NCBI GenBank assembly: GCA_009602735.1
Contig: WELA01001340.1
Location: 110,711-174,710, forward strand
Direction: 5' to 3'
DNA length: 64,000 nucleotides
Source of the DNA: Mesotaenium endlicherianum
Taxonomy: Eukaryota
Shown here: one piece after another, positions 46,909 to 58,788 of the stretch
Numbering within the stretch: position 1 is the stretch's first letter
Layout of the letters: each line of letters starts with the position of its first letter
Translations under genes and position numbers: made by a program
The notes under the pieces: model-generated
What the model was told of the DNA's origin: nothing
Databases searched by the model: none
What the model saw: the letters and a program-made list of their open reading frames with translations, nothing else

Positions 46909-49900
46909 GCCAGGAGCCTACCACCCCAAGACCCACTTCACGAGAAGACAACAAGCCAAGTGAGGTGGAGACTCCCGTTGAAGACGACGTTCCAGCCCCA
47001 ATGAGTTTGAGAGGTTACCTTGGAGGAGAGAAGGTCCACATCTTGGTGGATAACGGAGCTCAAGGCAACTTCAGATTTTGCCACCAAGCACGATATTACT
47101 ATGCAAACTCTTGACCATGACGAGGAGATTATGATGCCCGATGGGTTCTCCTATAGTACCCCTTCCAAGAAGACGTATCCCTTGTCACTCTCTATCAAGT
47201 CCTTCAAGGATAGAGTAGTGTTTTTCCCCATGCAATTGGGAAAGCTGATTGGAGGGACGGTACTACCAAGATCAAGAAAAACATCACTTCAAGAATCTGT
47301 ATTTTGCGCGCAATCCAAAATATCCAGACCCAAGACATCAAGAAGCCGGCATACGAGATACTATTGTCCGCCCTCCAACTCAAGACACTTGTGAGGAAGG
47401 GACACGAGCTTCTTTTGGCCTTGATTACGCCAAAAGACATCAAGAAAGACATCGAGAGTCAAGAAGGCAGCCCCGTTCCCAAGGAGATACAAGAAGTCTT
47501 AGAGGACTACAAAGAAGTGTTCTCCCCGGAATTGCCCAAGGGCCTACCCCCCAAAAGATTCGTAGACCACAAGATAGAGTTGGAGCCCGGAAGCAAGCCC
47601 ATCTCTCGGCCTACGTTCAAAATGTCATACACGGAGCTAGACGAAGTCAAGAAGCAAATCAAGGAGCTACTGGAGCATGGCTTCATTCGACCTAGCAAGT
47701 CGCCATTTGGAGCCCCGGTGCTATTTGTCAAGAAGAAAGATGGTACCTTGAGGATGTGTGTGGACTATCGCGCCCTCAACAAGATCACCATCAAGAATCG
47801 ATACCCGCTGCCGCGCATGGATGAGCTCATGGACCGGCTGGTTGGAGCCAAGTACTTCACGAAGATTGACTTACGGAGCGGCTACCACCAGATTCGCATC
47901 GCAGAACCGGACATAGAGAAGACGGCATTCAGGACAAGATATGGACATTTTGAGTTTATGGTCCTGCCATTCGGACTCACCAACGCGCCAGCAACTTTCA
48001 TGACTATGATGAACACCATATTTCAGCCCATGTTGGACAGATTTGTGGTGGTATTCATCGATGACATCCTTATCTACAGCAAGACCATTGAAGAGCATGC
48101 GAGACACTTGAAAGAAGTCTTTGAGGTATTGAAGCAAAACAAGCTATTTGCAAAGGAGTCAAAGTGCGAGTTTGCCAAACAAGAAGTGGAGTTCCTAGGT
48201 CTCCACCTGACTGCTGATGGCATCAAGATGGACCCCAAAAAGACCACGGTGGTGGAGGAATGGCCAACCCCCACGACCAAGAAAGAACTCCAATCATTCT
48301 TGGGACTTGCCAATTGGTACAGGAGATTCATCCAGAGCTTCTCGCACATAGCAGCCCCTCTCACGGATCTACTCAAGAAGGACAAGCCATACGTTTGGAC
48401 CAAGAAAGAGGAGGAAGCGTTCCAACAACTGAAGCAAAGATTGACGACATCCCGGTGCTCACACTCCCAAGTCCAAACCCAAATTGGCCCTTCCATGTCA
48501 TCACCGATGCATCTTCCTATGCAATAGAGGCAATCCTGCTTCAAGACCAAGGCAAGGGACTGCAGCCCATCGCCTACGAGTCAAGAAAGCTGAATCTAGC
48601 CAAGCAAAATTATACAACCACGGAGCGAGAGGCATTGGCAATTGTACATGCCTTGAAGGTTTGGCGCTGCTACGTTGAAGGACACAAGGTGCTGGTCACA
48701 ACTGACCAGAAGACGTTGAAGCACCTCCAGACGCAGCCGTATCTCTCAAAAAGACAAGCAAGATGGAGTGGATACTTGCAACAATACAACATCACGATTC
48801 AGTACCAGCCCGGCAAGACAAACCCGACTGACCCCCTCTCAAGACTGCAATTAAATACAATGATGATATCCCTGAAGACAGATTTGGAAGCTCGATTTTC
48901 AGCCGCATATGAAAGAGACCCTTACTACAAGAACGGAGAAGCAGCCTTGGACCCAAACAAGAAGCAAGGAGGCAATTATTGGGTGAGGCAAGACACGGGC
49001 CAGAGATGTGTTGCTAATGACTTAGACCTCCGGCTCTTGCTTCTACGAGAAGCACACGACAACCCTCTTGGAGGACACTTAGGAATCCTAAAGACCACGG
49101 GCGTTCTAGCCAACTCATTGTTGGCCAGGCATGTCTAAGCAAGTCAAGGAGTACCGCAGGAGCTGTGACACATGCCAAAGAGTCAAGCCATCATCCCAAA
49201 AGGCGGGAGGACTCCTCCAACCACTACCAATCCCCGAAAGACAATGGACGGACATCTCAATGAACCTTATCGTGGACCTGCCCGTGACACCTCGAGGCCA
49301 TAATGCAATACTCACGGTGGTGGATAGATACTAAGATGGCTCATTTTATTCCCACGACGACTAAGGCTACAGCACCACAACTTGCAAGACTCATCTTTGA
49401 CAATATCTTCCGACTCCATGGACTACCATCAAGAATTGTGTCGGATAGAGATCCAAAATTCACAAGCCATTTGTGGAAAAAATTCTTCAAGAATTTGGGT
49501 ACATCGCTGGATATGTCCACAACCTACCACCCGCAATCAGATGGGCAAACCGAGCGTATGAATCGTACCCTAAAGACCTCTCTAAAGGCCTACGTGTCTA
49601 CCCTCGAGCAAGATTGGGACATGTACTTGACCCCCCTGGAGTTTGCCTACAACAACACGACGCAGGCCTCTACCCAAGAGTCCCCATTCTTCCTCAACTA
49701 TGGCTTCCATCCAACCACCCCGCTGAGCTTCACGGCTGGCCATGATGAAGTACCTGTAGCCACAAATTTTTTGGAGACATTAGAAGCAGCCCTTGCAGTA
49801 GCCAAGAAAGCTCTACCACGCGTGCAAGATGCTCACGCAAGAGTGGCAAACAGGGCCAGAAAAGAAGTTACGTACAGAGTGGGTGACAACATGTTACTGT

Positions 49901-50192
49901 CATCCAAGAACATTTCCCTGAAGAACAGGCCTGCCGGCAGCAAATTCTCTCCCAAGTATTTGGGACCCTTCAAGATTATCTAGCAAGTCAACCTCGTTGC
50001 TTTCAAGCTAGAACTTCCCCAGACTATGCACATTGACCCCATATTCCACGCTTCCCTCTTCAAGCCATATGTGCAACCCGACAACAAGTTTCCAGGACAA
50101 GTGAGAACCCCACCAGCCTTAACAATAGTGGATGATCATTTGGAGTACAAAGTGGAAGACATAGTGGCTATGAGAAATTTCAGGAGCAGCAA
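46887..50192 (+). pseudogene. pol: Pol of element A (PR-RT-RH-INT-partial chromodomain), disrupted
   Basis: Fragments 47304-48527, 48260-49138, 49303-49983 and 50026-50192 are collinear with the intact pol at 53376-56984. The protease DSG motif is mutated to DNG. Confidence 0.92.
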
Positions 50193-50935
50193 TGAAAGGG
50201 GCAGAGTGCCCTAGTGGAAGCGTAGTAACTCACGAGGAAAGGAACTAGTTGCAATCATACTAGAGACTGCAGCGGCATATCACTAACAAAGCTTAGGAAA
50301 AATACTCAACAATTTGAGTAGGAAGAAACTGCTTACAAATGAACTAGGATGAAAGGTTTTGTCATTACAAACCCGTAGAAATTTACAAAAGTGAAAACTG
50401 ATAAGAAACAAAGAAATTATGCCTATTCATAATTTCTGCCTAAGTGCTCCTCCCTAGGAGGAAGCTACGGATTTTCCTAAGCGTTCGTCATATCGTCCCT
50501 TCCAGAATATTCGTGAGTAAGCCAGATCAGTCTAATCTTACGTGTCGGGCCAAATTGACGTCCACATACAGGCATCGACATTACTAGAATATTCTATCTT
50601 AGACGCGCTAGGCTAAACCGAAACTTCTAGGTAAATTGACCTAGTCGGCACTCCGCGTCAACCGAACTTACGTGAAGGTTCGAGTTCATTCTAACGGGCC
50701 AGATTGCTCGACGCTGTCGGTCAATCCGACGATCGCGCTCACCGCGAATTGAGGACAGTCGTCAACCGACCTCAAAACTAATTAAACTTCGGAAATCCAT
50801 AACTCTCTCAATACTTGACTAAATTCGATGAATTTTATATCATAATGATCACAAAAATGCATTCTACACTACTATACAATCAAAACATACTTTCATGAAA
50901 CTCAAAAATGCACTTTATAAACCTATGACCTTACA
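50193..50935 (-). repeat. 3' LTR of element B
   Basis: TGTAAGG...CCCCTTTCA on the minus strand, directly after the PPT; same family as the two solo LTRs. Confidence 0.93.
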
Positions 50936-50947
50936 TGATCCCCCTCC

Positions 50948-52098
50948 TCAAGATGCGACGTCCTCGACGCATTCTGCAGATAACGTCTCAACTTACTCTT
51001 ACAATGAGTCAAGTTGGCCTCTGGCTCCCAAGTATTGTCGTCCGCATGGTAGCCCTTCCACTTGACCAGATACTCTTGAACAAGTCATTGACCTTGCTTG
51101 ACTCGTCGATCGCCGACAATCGCCTCCACTTCATACTCCAATTCGTCAACGATCTCGATCGGTGGGGGCGGTGTAGGTAGTCGTCCTGGATGTCCTTCGT
51201 TCGGGTCAACGTATGGCCGCAAACAACTGACATGGAACACATCATGGATACGCCAGCTTGAAGGAAGCTCCAACTTGTAGGTCACTGGCTTCACCTGCTT
51301 GAGCACCACAATGGGACCTGTAAACCGTGCCCGCAGTTTCCTCTTATTTGTGAATGGTAGGTTCTCTGTTGACAAGAGTACTTTGTCGCCCACATGGAAT
51401 GTCACTTCCCTCCTGTGCCTGTTAACATGCTTGACCTGTTCCTCCTGTGCCTTCCGAATACACGTCTTCGCCGTGTCCCAAGTCTTGGCCATCTGCTCCA
51501 TAAACGCTTGTATAGTAGGAACCTGAGTCGCCTTGGCCTTCTCCAACAAGATGTTCCCTGGGTGATATACTTCTCACCCATAAACTGTGGTGAATGGTGA
51601 CTGCTTGGTCGATCCCTGCATGCTGTTGTTGTAGGCAAACTCCAACCCTGGCAGCTTCTTGTCCCACTCTGAAGGGTCTTCCATAGTGAAACTTCTGAGC
51701 ACCTCTTGCAGAGTTTTGTTGAGTCTCTCATGCTGCCCGTCGGTTTGAGGGTGATAGGAAGTGCTCATACGCAGCTTGGTCCCCATCAAAGTAAACAATG
51801 ATCGCCAAAAGTTGCTAGTAAACCTTGGGTCCCGATCTGAAACAATCACCTTCGGCAACCCATGTAGCCTGAAAATTTGATCAAAGAATAGCCGTGCCAC
51901 ATCTGCTGCCGTACAAGTCTCCTTCATGGGAATGAAGTGAGCCATCTTACTGAGTCTATCAGATACAATCCAAACTGCATCGTGCCCTTGACCACTCATG
52001 GGTAACGATGTGATGAAGTCCATAGCAATGTGCTCCCAAGGATACTCTGGAATAGGCAGGGGCTGCAATGTAGCTCCCTTCTTTTGATTTGGTGTCTT
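50948..52098 (-). pseudogene. pol: Element B integrase core and chromodomain (frameshift and stop)
   Basis: [64 protein letters not shown]. Confidence 0.9.
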
Positions 52099-52103
52099 GT
52101 TTC

Positions 52104-52606
52104 TGTAGTGAAACAGATAGATAAAGTACTTAGTAAAACAGAATACTTCATCTATTCAAGACAAGGATCTTTGAACACAAGTGGTAGCTTCTTGAAAGAG
52201 AGATGGCTTCTTGAAAGTTAATATATTTCTGGATTTTGGCAAGTACAAGAGTGATTCTCGAATGTCTTTCTATGTTCTAGCTCTTGTTTATATACTTGCT
52301 ACATAAGTAATTTCTAGGAAGGTGTATGTTGATGTGTTGGCACCCAACACATCCCAAAACTTGCCACCTCTTTCTAGAATAATGTACACATGTCCTTTTG
52401 ACCTAAAAATGGCACATTTGACTTTTGCCACATGGAGTTCTTCTAGGTCTTTCCTCTAACTTCGAAAATGCCTTGGAAGGTTCAAAGGACATGAACCAAG
52501 TTACTAGAGTACCTATTCACACTTGACTCCACACAATACTACTCCAAATATATTTGAAAACATTAAAATATATGCAAACTAATATATAATAACTCAAATC
52601 ACTACA
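52104..52606 (-). repeat. 3' LTR of element A'
   Basis: TG...CA termini; direct repeat of 58281-58783. Confidence 0.97.
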
Positions 52607-53375
52607 TCACCCCCCCGATAGAAAAAGCGACGTCTCGGCGCGTCAAGTCAGGTCTTACACATGTGGAGCAAACTAGTCAACAGTTTCAAGTCAGATGCCA
52701 CACATGTGAAGAGGACTAGTCAAAGGCGCCAAGTCAGGTGCTACACATGTAAGGTAGACTAGGCAAGGTCGTAGGTGGTGTGACCTTATTGGCTAGCCTA
52801 CTCCTTAATGATAAAGAAAATTGTACAAGTTGGCCCAGAATCTGCCACGAACTCAAAAATTCATAGCGGCCACAGAACTGCTCCAAATCTGAAAATTCGA
52901 GTGCCAGACGGACCGCGTCGGAGAACTCTACCGGGTCACCAAATTTGAGAGCATTCTCATTTCTGGAGTGTCGTTGAGAGCTGAGAGAGTAGGCACTCCT
53001 CCAAATCTGTGCAGAAACTTCTGAAAATCATAAGTCCTTCTATACTTCTCCAAATTCTGCAAACTAAGTCTCAAACTGGGCGCTGTAAGATGTTCTACCA
53101 GAGTCTTGAGTTTCAGAGCATTCCAAGTTCAGGGGAGGGCACAATGTCAGAAGGCATATTCTGCCCTAACAATGCCAGCAGCCTGACCCCCTTCTACTTA
53201 GAGCATCATATCTCTCTCACCAGTGCTCCAAATTGAGCAAACTTGGACTCTAAATGACCGGCTACTCATGGACTACAGCCAGGTAAATTTTCAGAATTTA
53301 TTATGCAGAGACCTATTACCAGTAGCAGTTTTAGTTTTCTGTCCAGAAACTGCGAGAAGAGAAGAGTGTCTAATG

Positions 53376-56300
53376 TCAATTTTTCCTCTTTCTTGTTCTT
53401 GCAGGCTGCCTCCAAGGGGTCTTCTGCTGCTTCTTGATGGTGGCAGGCTGCCTCCCTGAAGTCTTCGGGCTTCTAGTAGAGAGACTTGGGGCTGGTCCAA
53501 GATGGGGGTTGGCGGCATGGAAGCGCTTCAACTTTCTCTGAACTTTGTCAAGGTAGTGCGCCGCCACCCAACTATTCTCCGAATCTGGATATCCTTTCCA
53601 CTTGATCAAGTATTGCTGCTGTCTCCTGAAATTTCTCATAGCCACTATGTCTTCCACTTCGTACTCCAAATGATCATCCACTATTGTTGGGGCTGGTGGG
53701 GTTGTCACACGTCCTGGGAACTTGTTGTCGGGTTGCACATATGGCTTGAAGAGGGAAGCGTGGAATACGGGGTCGATGTGCATAGTCTGGGGAAGTTCTA
53801 GCTTGAAAGCAACGGGGTTGACTTGCTGGATAATCTTGAAGGGTCCCAAATACTTGGGAGAGAACTTGCTGCCGGCAGGCCTGTTGTTCAGGGAAATGTT
53901 CTTGGATGATAGTAACACGTTGTCACCCACTCTGTACGTAATTTCTCTTCTGGATCTGTTCGCCACTCTTGCTTGAGCATCTTGCGCGTGTTGTAGAGCT
54001 TTCTTCGCTGCTGTAAGGGCTGCTTCTAATGTCTCCATAAAATCTGTGGCTGCAGGTACTTCATCATGGCCAGCCGTGAAGCTCAGTGGCGTGGTCGGAT
54101 GGAAGCCATAGTTGAGGAAGAATGGGGACTCTTGGGTAGAGGCCTGCGTAGTGTTGTTGTAGGCAAACTCGAGGGGGGTCAAGTACATGTCCCAGTCTTG
54201 CTCGAGGGTAGACACGTAGGCCTTTAGAGAGGTCTTTAGGGTACGATTCATACGCTCGGTTTGCCCATCTGATTGTGGGTGGTAGGCAGTAGACATATCC
54301 AGCGATGTACCCAAGTTCTTGAAGAGATTTTTCCAGAAATGGCTTGTGAATCTTGGATCTCTATCTGACACAATTCTTGATGGTAGTCCATGGAGTCGGA
54401 AGATGTTGTCAAAGATGAGTCTTGCAAGTTGTGGTGCTGTAGCCTTAGTCGTCGTGGGAATAAAATGAGCCATCTTGGTAAGTCTGTCCACCACCGTGAG
54501 TATTGCATTATGGCCTCGAGGTGTCACGGGCAAGTCCACGATAAGGTCCATTGAGATGTCCGTCCATTGTCTTTCGGGGATTGGTAGTGGTTGGAGGAGT
54601 CCTCCCGCCTTTTGCGATGATGGCTTGATTCTTTGGCATGTGTCACAGCTCCTGCAGTACTCCTTGACTTGCTTAGACATGCCTGGCCAACAATAAGTCC
54701 TAGCTAGAACGCCCGTGGTCCTTAGGATTCCAAAGTGTCCTCCAAGAGGGTTGTCGTGTGCTTCTCGTAGAAGCAAGAGCCGGAGGTCTATGTCATTAGG
54801 AACACATCTCTGGCCCGTATCTTGCCTCACCCAATAATTGCCTTCTTGCTTCTTGCATGGGTCCAAGGCTGCTTCTCCGTTCTTGTAGTAAGGGTCTCTT
54901 TCATAGGCGGCTGAAAATCGAGCTTCCAGATCTGTCTTCAGGGATACCATCACTGCATTTAATTGCAGTCTTGAGAGGGGGTCAGCCGGGTTTGTCTTGC
55001 CGGGCTGGTACTGAATCGTGATGTTGTATTGTTGCAAGTATCCGCTCCATCTTGCTTGTCTCCTTGAGAGATACGGCTGCGTTTGGAGGTGCTTTAACGC
55101 CTCGTGGTCCGTGGTGACCAGTACTTTGCGTCCTTCAACGTAGCAGCGCCAAACCTTCAAGGCATGTACAATCGCCAATGCCTCTCGCTCCGTGGTTGTA
55201 TAATTTTGCTCGGCTGGATTTAGCTTCCTTGACTCGTAGGCGATGGGCTGCAGTCCCTTGCCTTGGTCTTGAAGCAGGATTGCTCCTATTGCATAGGAAG
55301 ATGCATCGGTGATGACGTGGAAGGGCCAATCTGGGTTTGGACTTGGGAGTGTGAGCACCGGGGATGTGGTCAATCTTCGCTTTAACTCTTGAAATGCCTC
55401 TTCCTCTTTCTCGGTCCATGTATATAGCCTGTCCTTCTTGAGTAGATCTGTCAGGGGGGCTGCTATGTGCGAGAAGCCTTGGATGAATTTTCTGTACCAA
55501 TTGGCAAATCCCAAGAATGACTGGAGTTCTTTCTTGGTCGTGGGGGTTGGCCATTCCTCCACCACCGTGGTCTTCTTGGGGTCCATCTTGATGCCATCAG
55601 CAGTCACGTGGAGACCTAGGAACTCCACTTCTTGTTTGGCAAACTCGCACTTTGACTCCTTCGCAAATAGCTTGTTTTGCTTCAATACTTCAAGGACTTC
55701 TTTCAAGTGTCTCGCATGCTCTTCAAGGGTCTTGCTGTAGATAAGGATGTCATCGATGAATACCACCACAAATCTGTCCAACATGGGCTGAAATATGGTG
55801 TTCATCATAGTCATGAAAGTTGCTGGCGCGTTGGTGAGTCCAAATGGCAGGACCATGAACTCAAAATGTCCATATCTTGTCCTGAATGCCGTCTTCTCTA
55901 TGTCCGGTTCTGCGATGCGAATCTGGTGGTAGCCGCTCCGTAAGTCAATCTTCGTGAAGTACTTGGCTCCAACCAGCCGGTCCATGAGCTCATCCATGCG
56001 CGGCAGCGGGTATCGATTCTTGATGGTGATCTTGTTGAGGGCGCGATAGTCCACACACATCCTCAAGGTACCATCTTTCTTCTTGACAAATAGCACCGGG
56101 GCTCCAAATGGCGACTTGCTAGGTCGAATGAAGCCATGCTCCAGTAGCTCCTTGATTTGCTTCTTGACTTCGTCTAGCTCCGTGTATGACATTTTGAACG
56201 TAGGCCGAGAGATGGGCTTGCTTCCGGGCTCCAACTCTATCTTGTGGTCTACGAATCTTTTGGGGGGTAGGCCCTTGGGCAATTCCGGGGAGAACACTTC

Positions 56301-56984
56301 TTTGTAGTCCTCTAAGACTTCTTGTATCTCCTTGGGAACGGGGCTGCCTTCTTGACTCTCGATGTCTTTCTTGATGTCTTTTGGCGTGATCAAGGCCAAA
56401 AGAAGCTCGTGTCCCTTCCTCACAAGTCTCTTGAGTTGGAGGGCGGACAATAGTATCTCGTGTGCCGGCTTCTGGATGTCTTGGGTCTGGATATTCTGGA
56501 TTGCGCGCAAAATACAGATTCTTGAAGTGATGTCATTCTTGATCTTGATAGTACCGGTCCTCCAATCAACTTGGGGGTTGTGCTTGGTCAACCAAGGCGT
56601 CCCTAGGATGACGTCGTACTTGCCCAATTGCATGGGGGAGAACACTACTCTATCCTTGAAGGACTTGATAGAGAGTGCCAAGGGGTACGTCTTCTTGGAA
56701 GGGGTAGTATAGGAGAATCCATCGGGCATCATAATCTCCTCGTCGTGGTCAAGAGTTCGCATAGTAATACCGTGCTTGGTGGCAAAATCTGCAGCAATGA
56801 AGTTGCCTTGAGCTCCGCTATCCACCAAGATGTGGACCTTCTCTCCTCCAAGGTAACCTCTCAAACTCATTGGGGCTGGAACGTCGTCTTCAACGGGGGT
56901 CTCCACCTCACTTGGCGTGTTGCCTTCTCGTGAAGTGGGTCTTGGGGTGGTAGGCTCCTGGCCTACCGGCGCTGTCCGTTTTTT
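53376..56984 (-). CDS. pol: Pol polyprotein of A' (protease, RT, RNase H, integrase, chromodomain), probably entered by -1 frameshift from gag
   Basis: Uninterrupted frame (track ORF 53376-57041): [97 protein letters not shown]. Confidence 0.95.
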   Translation of the reverse strand, partial: KKRTAPVGQEPTTPRPTSREGNTPSEVETPVEDDVPAPMSLRGYLGGEKVHILVDSGAQGNFIAADFATKHGITMRTLDHDEEIMMPDGFSYTTPSKKTYPLALSIKSFKDRVVFSPMQLGKYDVILGTPWLTKHNPQVDWRTGTIKIKNDITSRICILRAIQNIQTQDIQKPAHEILLSALQLKRLVRKGHELLLALITPKDIKKDIESQEGSPVPKEIQEVLEDYKEVFSPELPKGLPPKRFVDHKIELEPGSKPISRPTFKMSYTELDEVKKQIKELLEHGFIRPSKSPFGAPVLFVKKKDGTLRMCVDYRALNKITIKNRYPLPRMDELMDRLVGAKYFTKIDLRSGYHQIRIAEPDIEKTAFRTRYGHFEFMVLPFGLTNAPATFMTMMNTIFQPMLDRFVVVFIDDILIYSKTLEEHARHLKEVLEVLKQNKLFAKESKCEFAKQEVEFLGLHVTADGIKMDPKKTTVVEEWPTPTTKKELQSFLGFANWYRKFIQGFSHIAAPLTDLLKKDRLYTWTEKEEEAFQELKRRLTTSPVLTLPSPNPDWPFHVITDASSYAIGAILLQDQGKGLQPIAYESRKLNPAEQNYTTTEREALAIVHALKVWRCYVEGRKVLVTTDHEALKHLQTQPYLSRRQARWSGYLQQYNITIQYQPGKTNPADPLSRLQLNAVMVSLKTDLEARFSAAYERDPYYKNGEAALDPCKKQEGNYWVRQDTGQRCVPNDIDLRLLLLREAHDNPLGGHFGILRTTGVLARTYCWPGMSKQVKEYCRSCDTCQRIKPSSQKAGGLLQPLPIPERQWTDISMDLIVDLPVTPRGHNAILTVVDRLTKMAHFIPTTTKATAPQLARLIFDNIFRLHGLPSRIVSDRDPRFTSHFWKNLFKNLGTSLDMSTAYHPQSDGQTERMNRTLKTSLKAYVSTLEQDWDMYLTPLEFAYNNTTQASTQESPFFLNYGFHPTTPLSFTAGHDEVPAATDFMETLEAALTAAKKALQHAQDAQARVANRSRREITYRVGDNVLLSSKNISLNNRPAGSKFSPKYLGPFKIIQQVNPVAFKLELPQTMHIDPVFHASLFKPYVQPDNKFPGRVTTPPAPTIVDDHLEYEVEDIVAMRNFRRQQQYLIKWKGYPDSENSWVAAHYLDKVQRKLKRFHAANPHLGPAPSLSTRSPKTSGRQPATIKKQQKTPWRQPARTRKRKN

Positions 56985-58243
56985 GACAACTTTTTGGGGC
57001 ATGAAAGTGCACGATGGCCCTTTTCCTTGCAATAAAAGCATAGTCCAGCCGTCATGAGAGCTTCTTTTTCAGCCGGGGAGAGTCTTGCTTTCACTCCTTG
57101 CTGGTTTCTTGCATCATAAGTGTCATTGGAGGGTCTTCCACTCTTCCGGGCAGCCGCGGGGTCCCTTTTAATAACTCCGATTTCCATGGGTGTGGGTCCA
57201 GATTCGGATGTGGAAGGGGCTGCGTACACCCGCGTCGTCGGTACCCGTGAAGATGAAGGCACGGAGTGCTTGAAATCCAAGGTATCCACCTTTTGGGCCA
57301 CTTCAATGATCTTTGAGAAGTCCGTCAAGTCGCGTAACTCCACTTCCTTTGCCACCTTGGGTTTGAGGCCAAAGATGTAGCGGTCAATCTTCTCCTCGAG
57401 AGACATGTTGGGGATCTCAAGAGTGAGGGCGTGAAATCTGGATGTATACTCTTGAACGGACGTCGTTTGCTTGAGATGGTGGAGCTTTCCTCGGGCAATC
57501 TTCTCCGCATTGATGGGCATGAATTGCTTCTTGAGGGCCTCACGAAAATCTGCCCATCTTGCATATGATGGTGGGGGCTCTTGGCCGAGCATGGGGTGCG
57601 CCATAGCTTGATATATAGCCGCTTGATAGTTACGCCACCATGATGTTGCTGCTCCTCTAAGTAAGGTAACGGCAAAGGGAACGTAGTCCTCCTCGGGTAC
57701 TTCAAGGAATGCGAGGTACGTCTCCACTTGGTAGAGCCATAAATTCAGGTTGGCACCTTTCCCGGGGTTGAAAGTGTCGGGTTTGCCGGGCTTGATGAGT
57801 TTCCTTGCTCTCGTTGGCTCTTGTGGAGGCGCTTGAGCCGGGGCTGGATTTTGAGCATTGCTCGCAATAGGGGCAACCATGGCAGCCATAGCTTCTCTTG
57901 ACGCTTGCACGGTTGCTTCATAGGTGGCCAAGCCCACTTGGTTGTGGACGGTCATTAGGAAGGCTGCCCACTCATTTGCGGGAACTCCTTGTGGTGGGGT
58001 CAACTTTGCTATAGCGGCTGCCACGGGATTTGACGGTGCTCCTCCTTGTGGTGCTTCTTGTTGTTGGAGATTTCCTTGAGTAGGCTCTCCCATCGACGCT
58101 GGAGGAGGGTGTGCTCCTCCTTGTGGTGCTTCTTGTTGTTGCAGATTTTCTTGAGTGGGCTCTCCCATCGGCGCTGGAGGAGGGTGTCTTGGAGAGGAAG
58201 GGCTTCCTTCGAAAGCTTGCTGTTGGTCTTGAGGATCGGCCAT
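56963..58243 (-). CDS. gag: Gag of element A', 426 aa
   Basis: ATG shortly after the PBS; gag region, PTPMEIG and [14 protein letters not shown]. Confidence 0.95.
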   Translation of the reverse strand: MADPQDQQQAFEGSPSSPRHPPPAPMGEPTQENLQQQEAPQGGAHPPPASMGEPTQGNLQQQEAPQGGAPSNPVAAAIAKLTPPQGVPANEWAAFLMTVHNQVGLATYEATVQASREAMAAMVAPIASNAQNPAPAQAPPQEPTRARKLIKPGKPDTFNPGKGANLNLWLYQVETYLAFLEVPEEDYVPFAVTLLRGAATSWWRNYQAAIYQAMAHPMLGQEPPPSYARWADFREALKKQFMPINAEKIARGKLHHLKQTTSVQEYTSRFHALTLEIPNMSLEEKIDRYIFGLKPKVAKEVELRDLTDFSKIIEVAQKVDTLDFKHSVPSSSRVPTTRVYAAPSTSESGPTPMEIGVIKRDPAAARKSGRPSNDTYDARNQQGVKARLSPAEKEALMTAGLCFYCKEKGHRALSCPKKLSKNGQRR

Positions 58244-58280
58244 CTTCTTGTGCTACCAAAGTGCCTAGCTCCGATACCAC

Positions 58281-58783
58281 TGTAGTGAAACAGATAGATA
58301 AAGTACTTAGTAAAACAGAATACTTTATCTATTCAAGACAAGGATCTTTGAACACAAGTGGTAGCTTCTTGAAAGAGAGATGGCTTCTTGAAAGTTAATA
58401 TATTTCTGGATTTTGGCAAGTACAAGAGTGATTCTGGAATGTCTTTCTATGTTCTAGCTCTTGTTTATATACTTGCTACATAAGTAATTTCTAGGAAGGT
58501 GTATGTTGATGTGTTGGCACCCAACACATCCCAAAACTTGCCACCTCTTTCTAGAATAATGTACACATGTCCTTTTGACCTAAAAATGGCACATCTGACT
58601 TTTGCCACATGGAGTTCTTCTAGGTCTTTCCTCTAACTTCGAAAATGCCTTGGAAGGTTCAAAGGACATGAACCAAGTTACTAGAGTACCTATTCACACT
58701 TGACTCCACACAATACTACTCCAAATATATTTGAAAACATTAAAATATATGCGAACTAATATATAATAACTCAAATCACTACA
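58281..58783 (-). repeat. 5' LTR of element A'
   Basis: TG...CA termini, followed on the minus strand by PBS TGGTATCGGAGC. Confidence 0.97.
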
Positions 58784-58788
58784 GTTTC

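Larger units (their letters stand above)
45220..50192 (+). mobile_element. Degenerate chromovirus Ty3/Gypsy element A (5' LTR, PBS, gag, decayed pol), truncated in its chromodomain by element B
   Basis: LTR 45220-45688 (TGTAGTG...CACTACA), PBS TGGTATCGGAGC 45690-45701, gag with CX2CX4HX4[13 protein letters not shown], RNase H and integrase with frameshifts and stops. Same family as 52104-58783. Confidence 0.95.
52104..58783 (-). mobile_element. Intact young chromovirus Ty3/Gypsy element A' (6680 bp)
   Basis: LTRs 58281-58783 and 52104-52606 (503 bp each, 4 mismatches by eye); perfect TSD gtttc (52099-52103 / 58784-58788); PBS 58279-58268; G-run PPT at about 52616-52607; open gag and pol. Confidence 0.97.

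Noticed and set aside
43217..50935. LTRs 43217-43956 and 50193-50935 as the two ends of one element
   Set aside because: The first has its own perfect TSD (solo LTR). The second is preceded on the minus strand by element B's PPT and pol.
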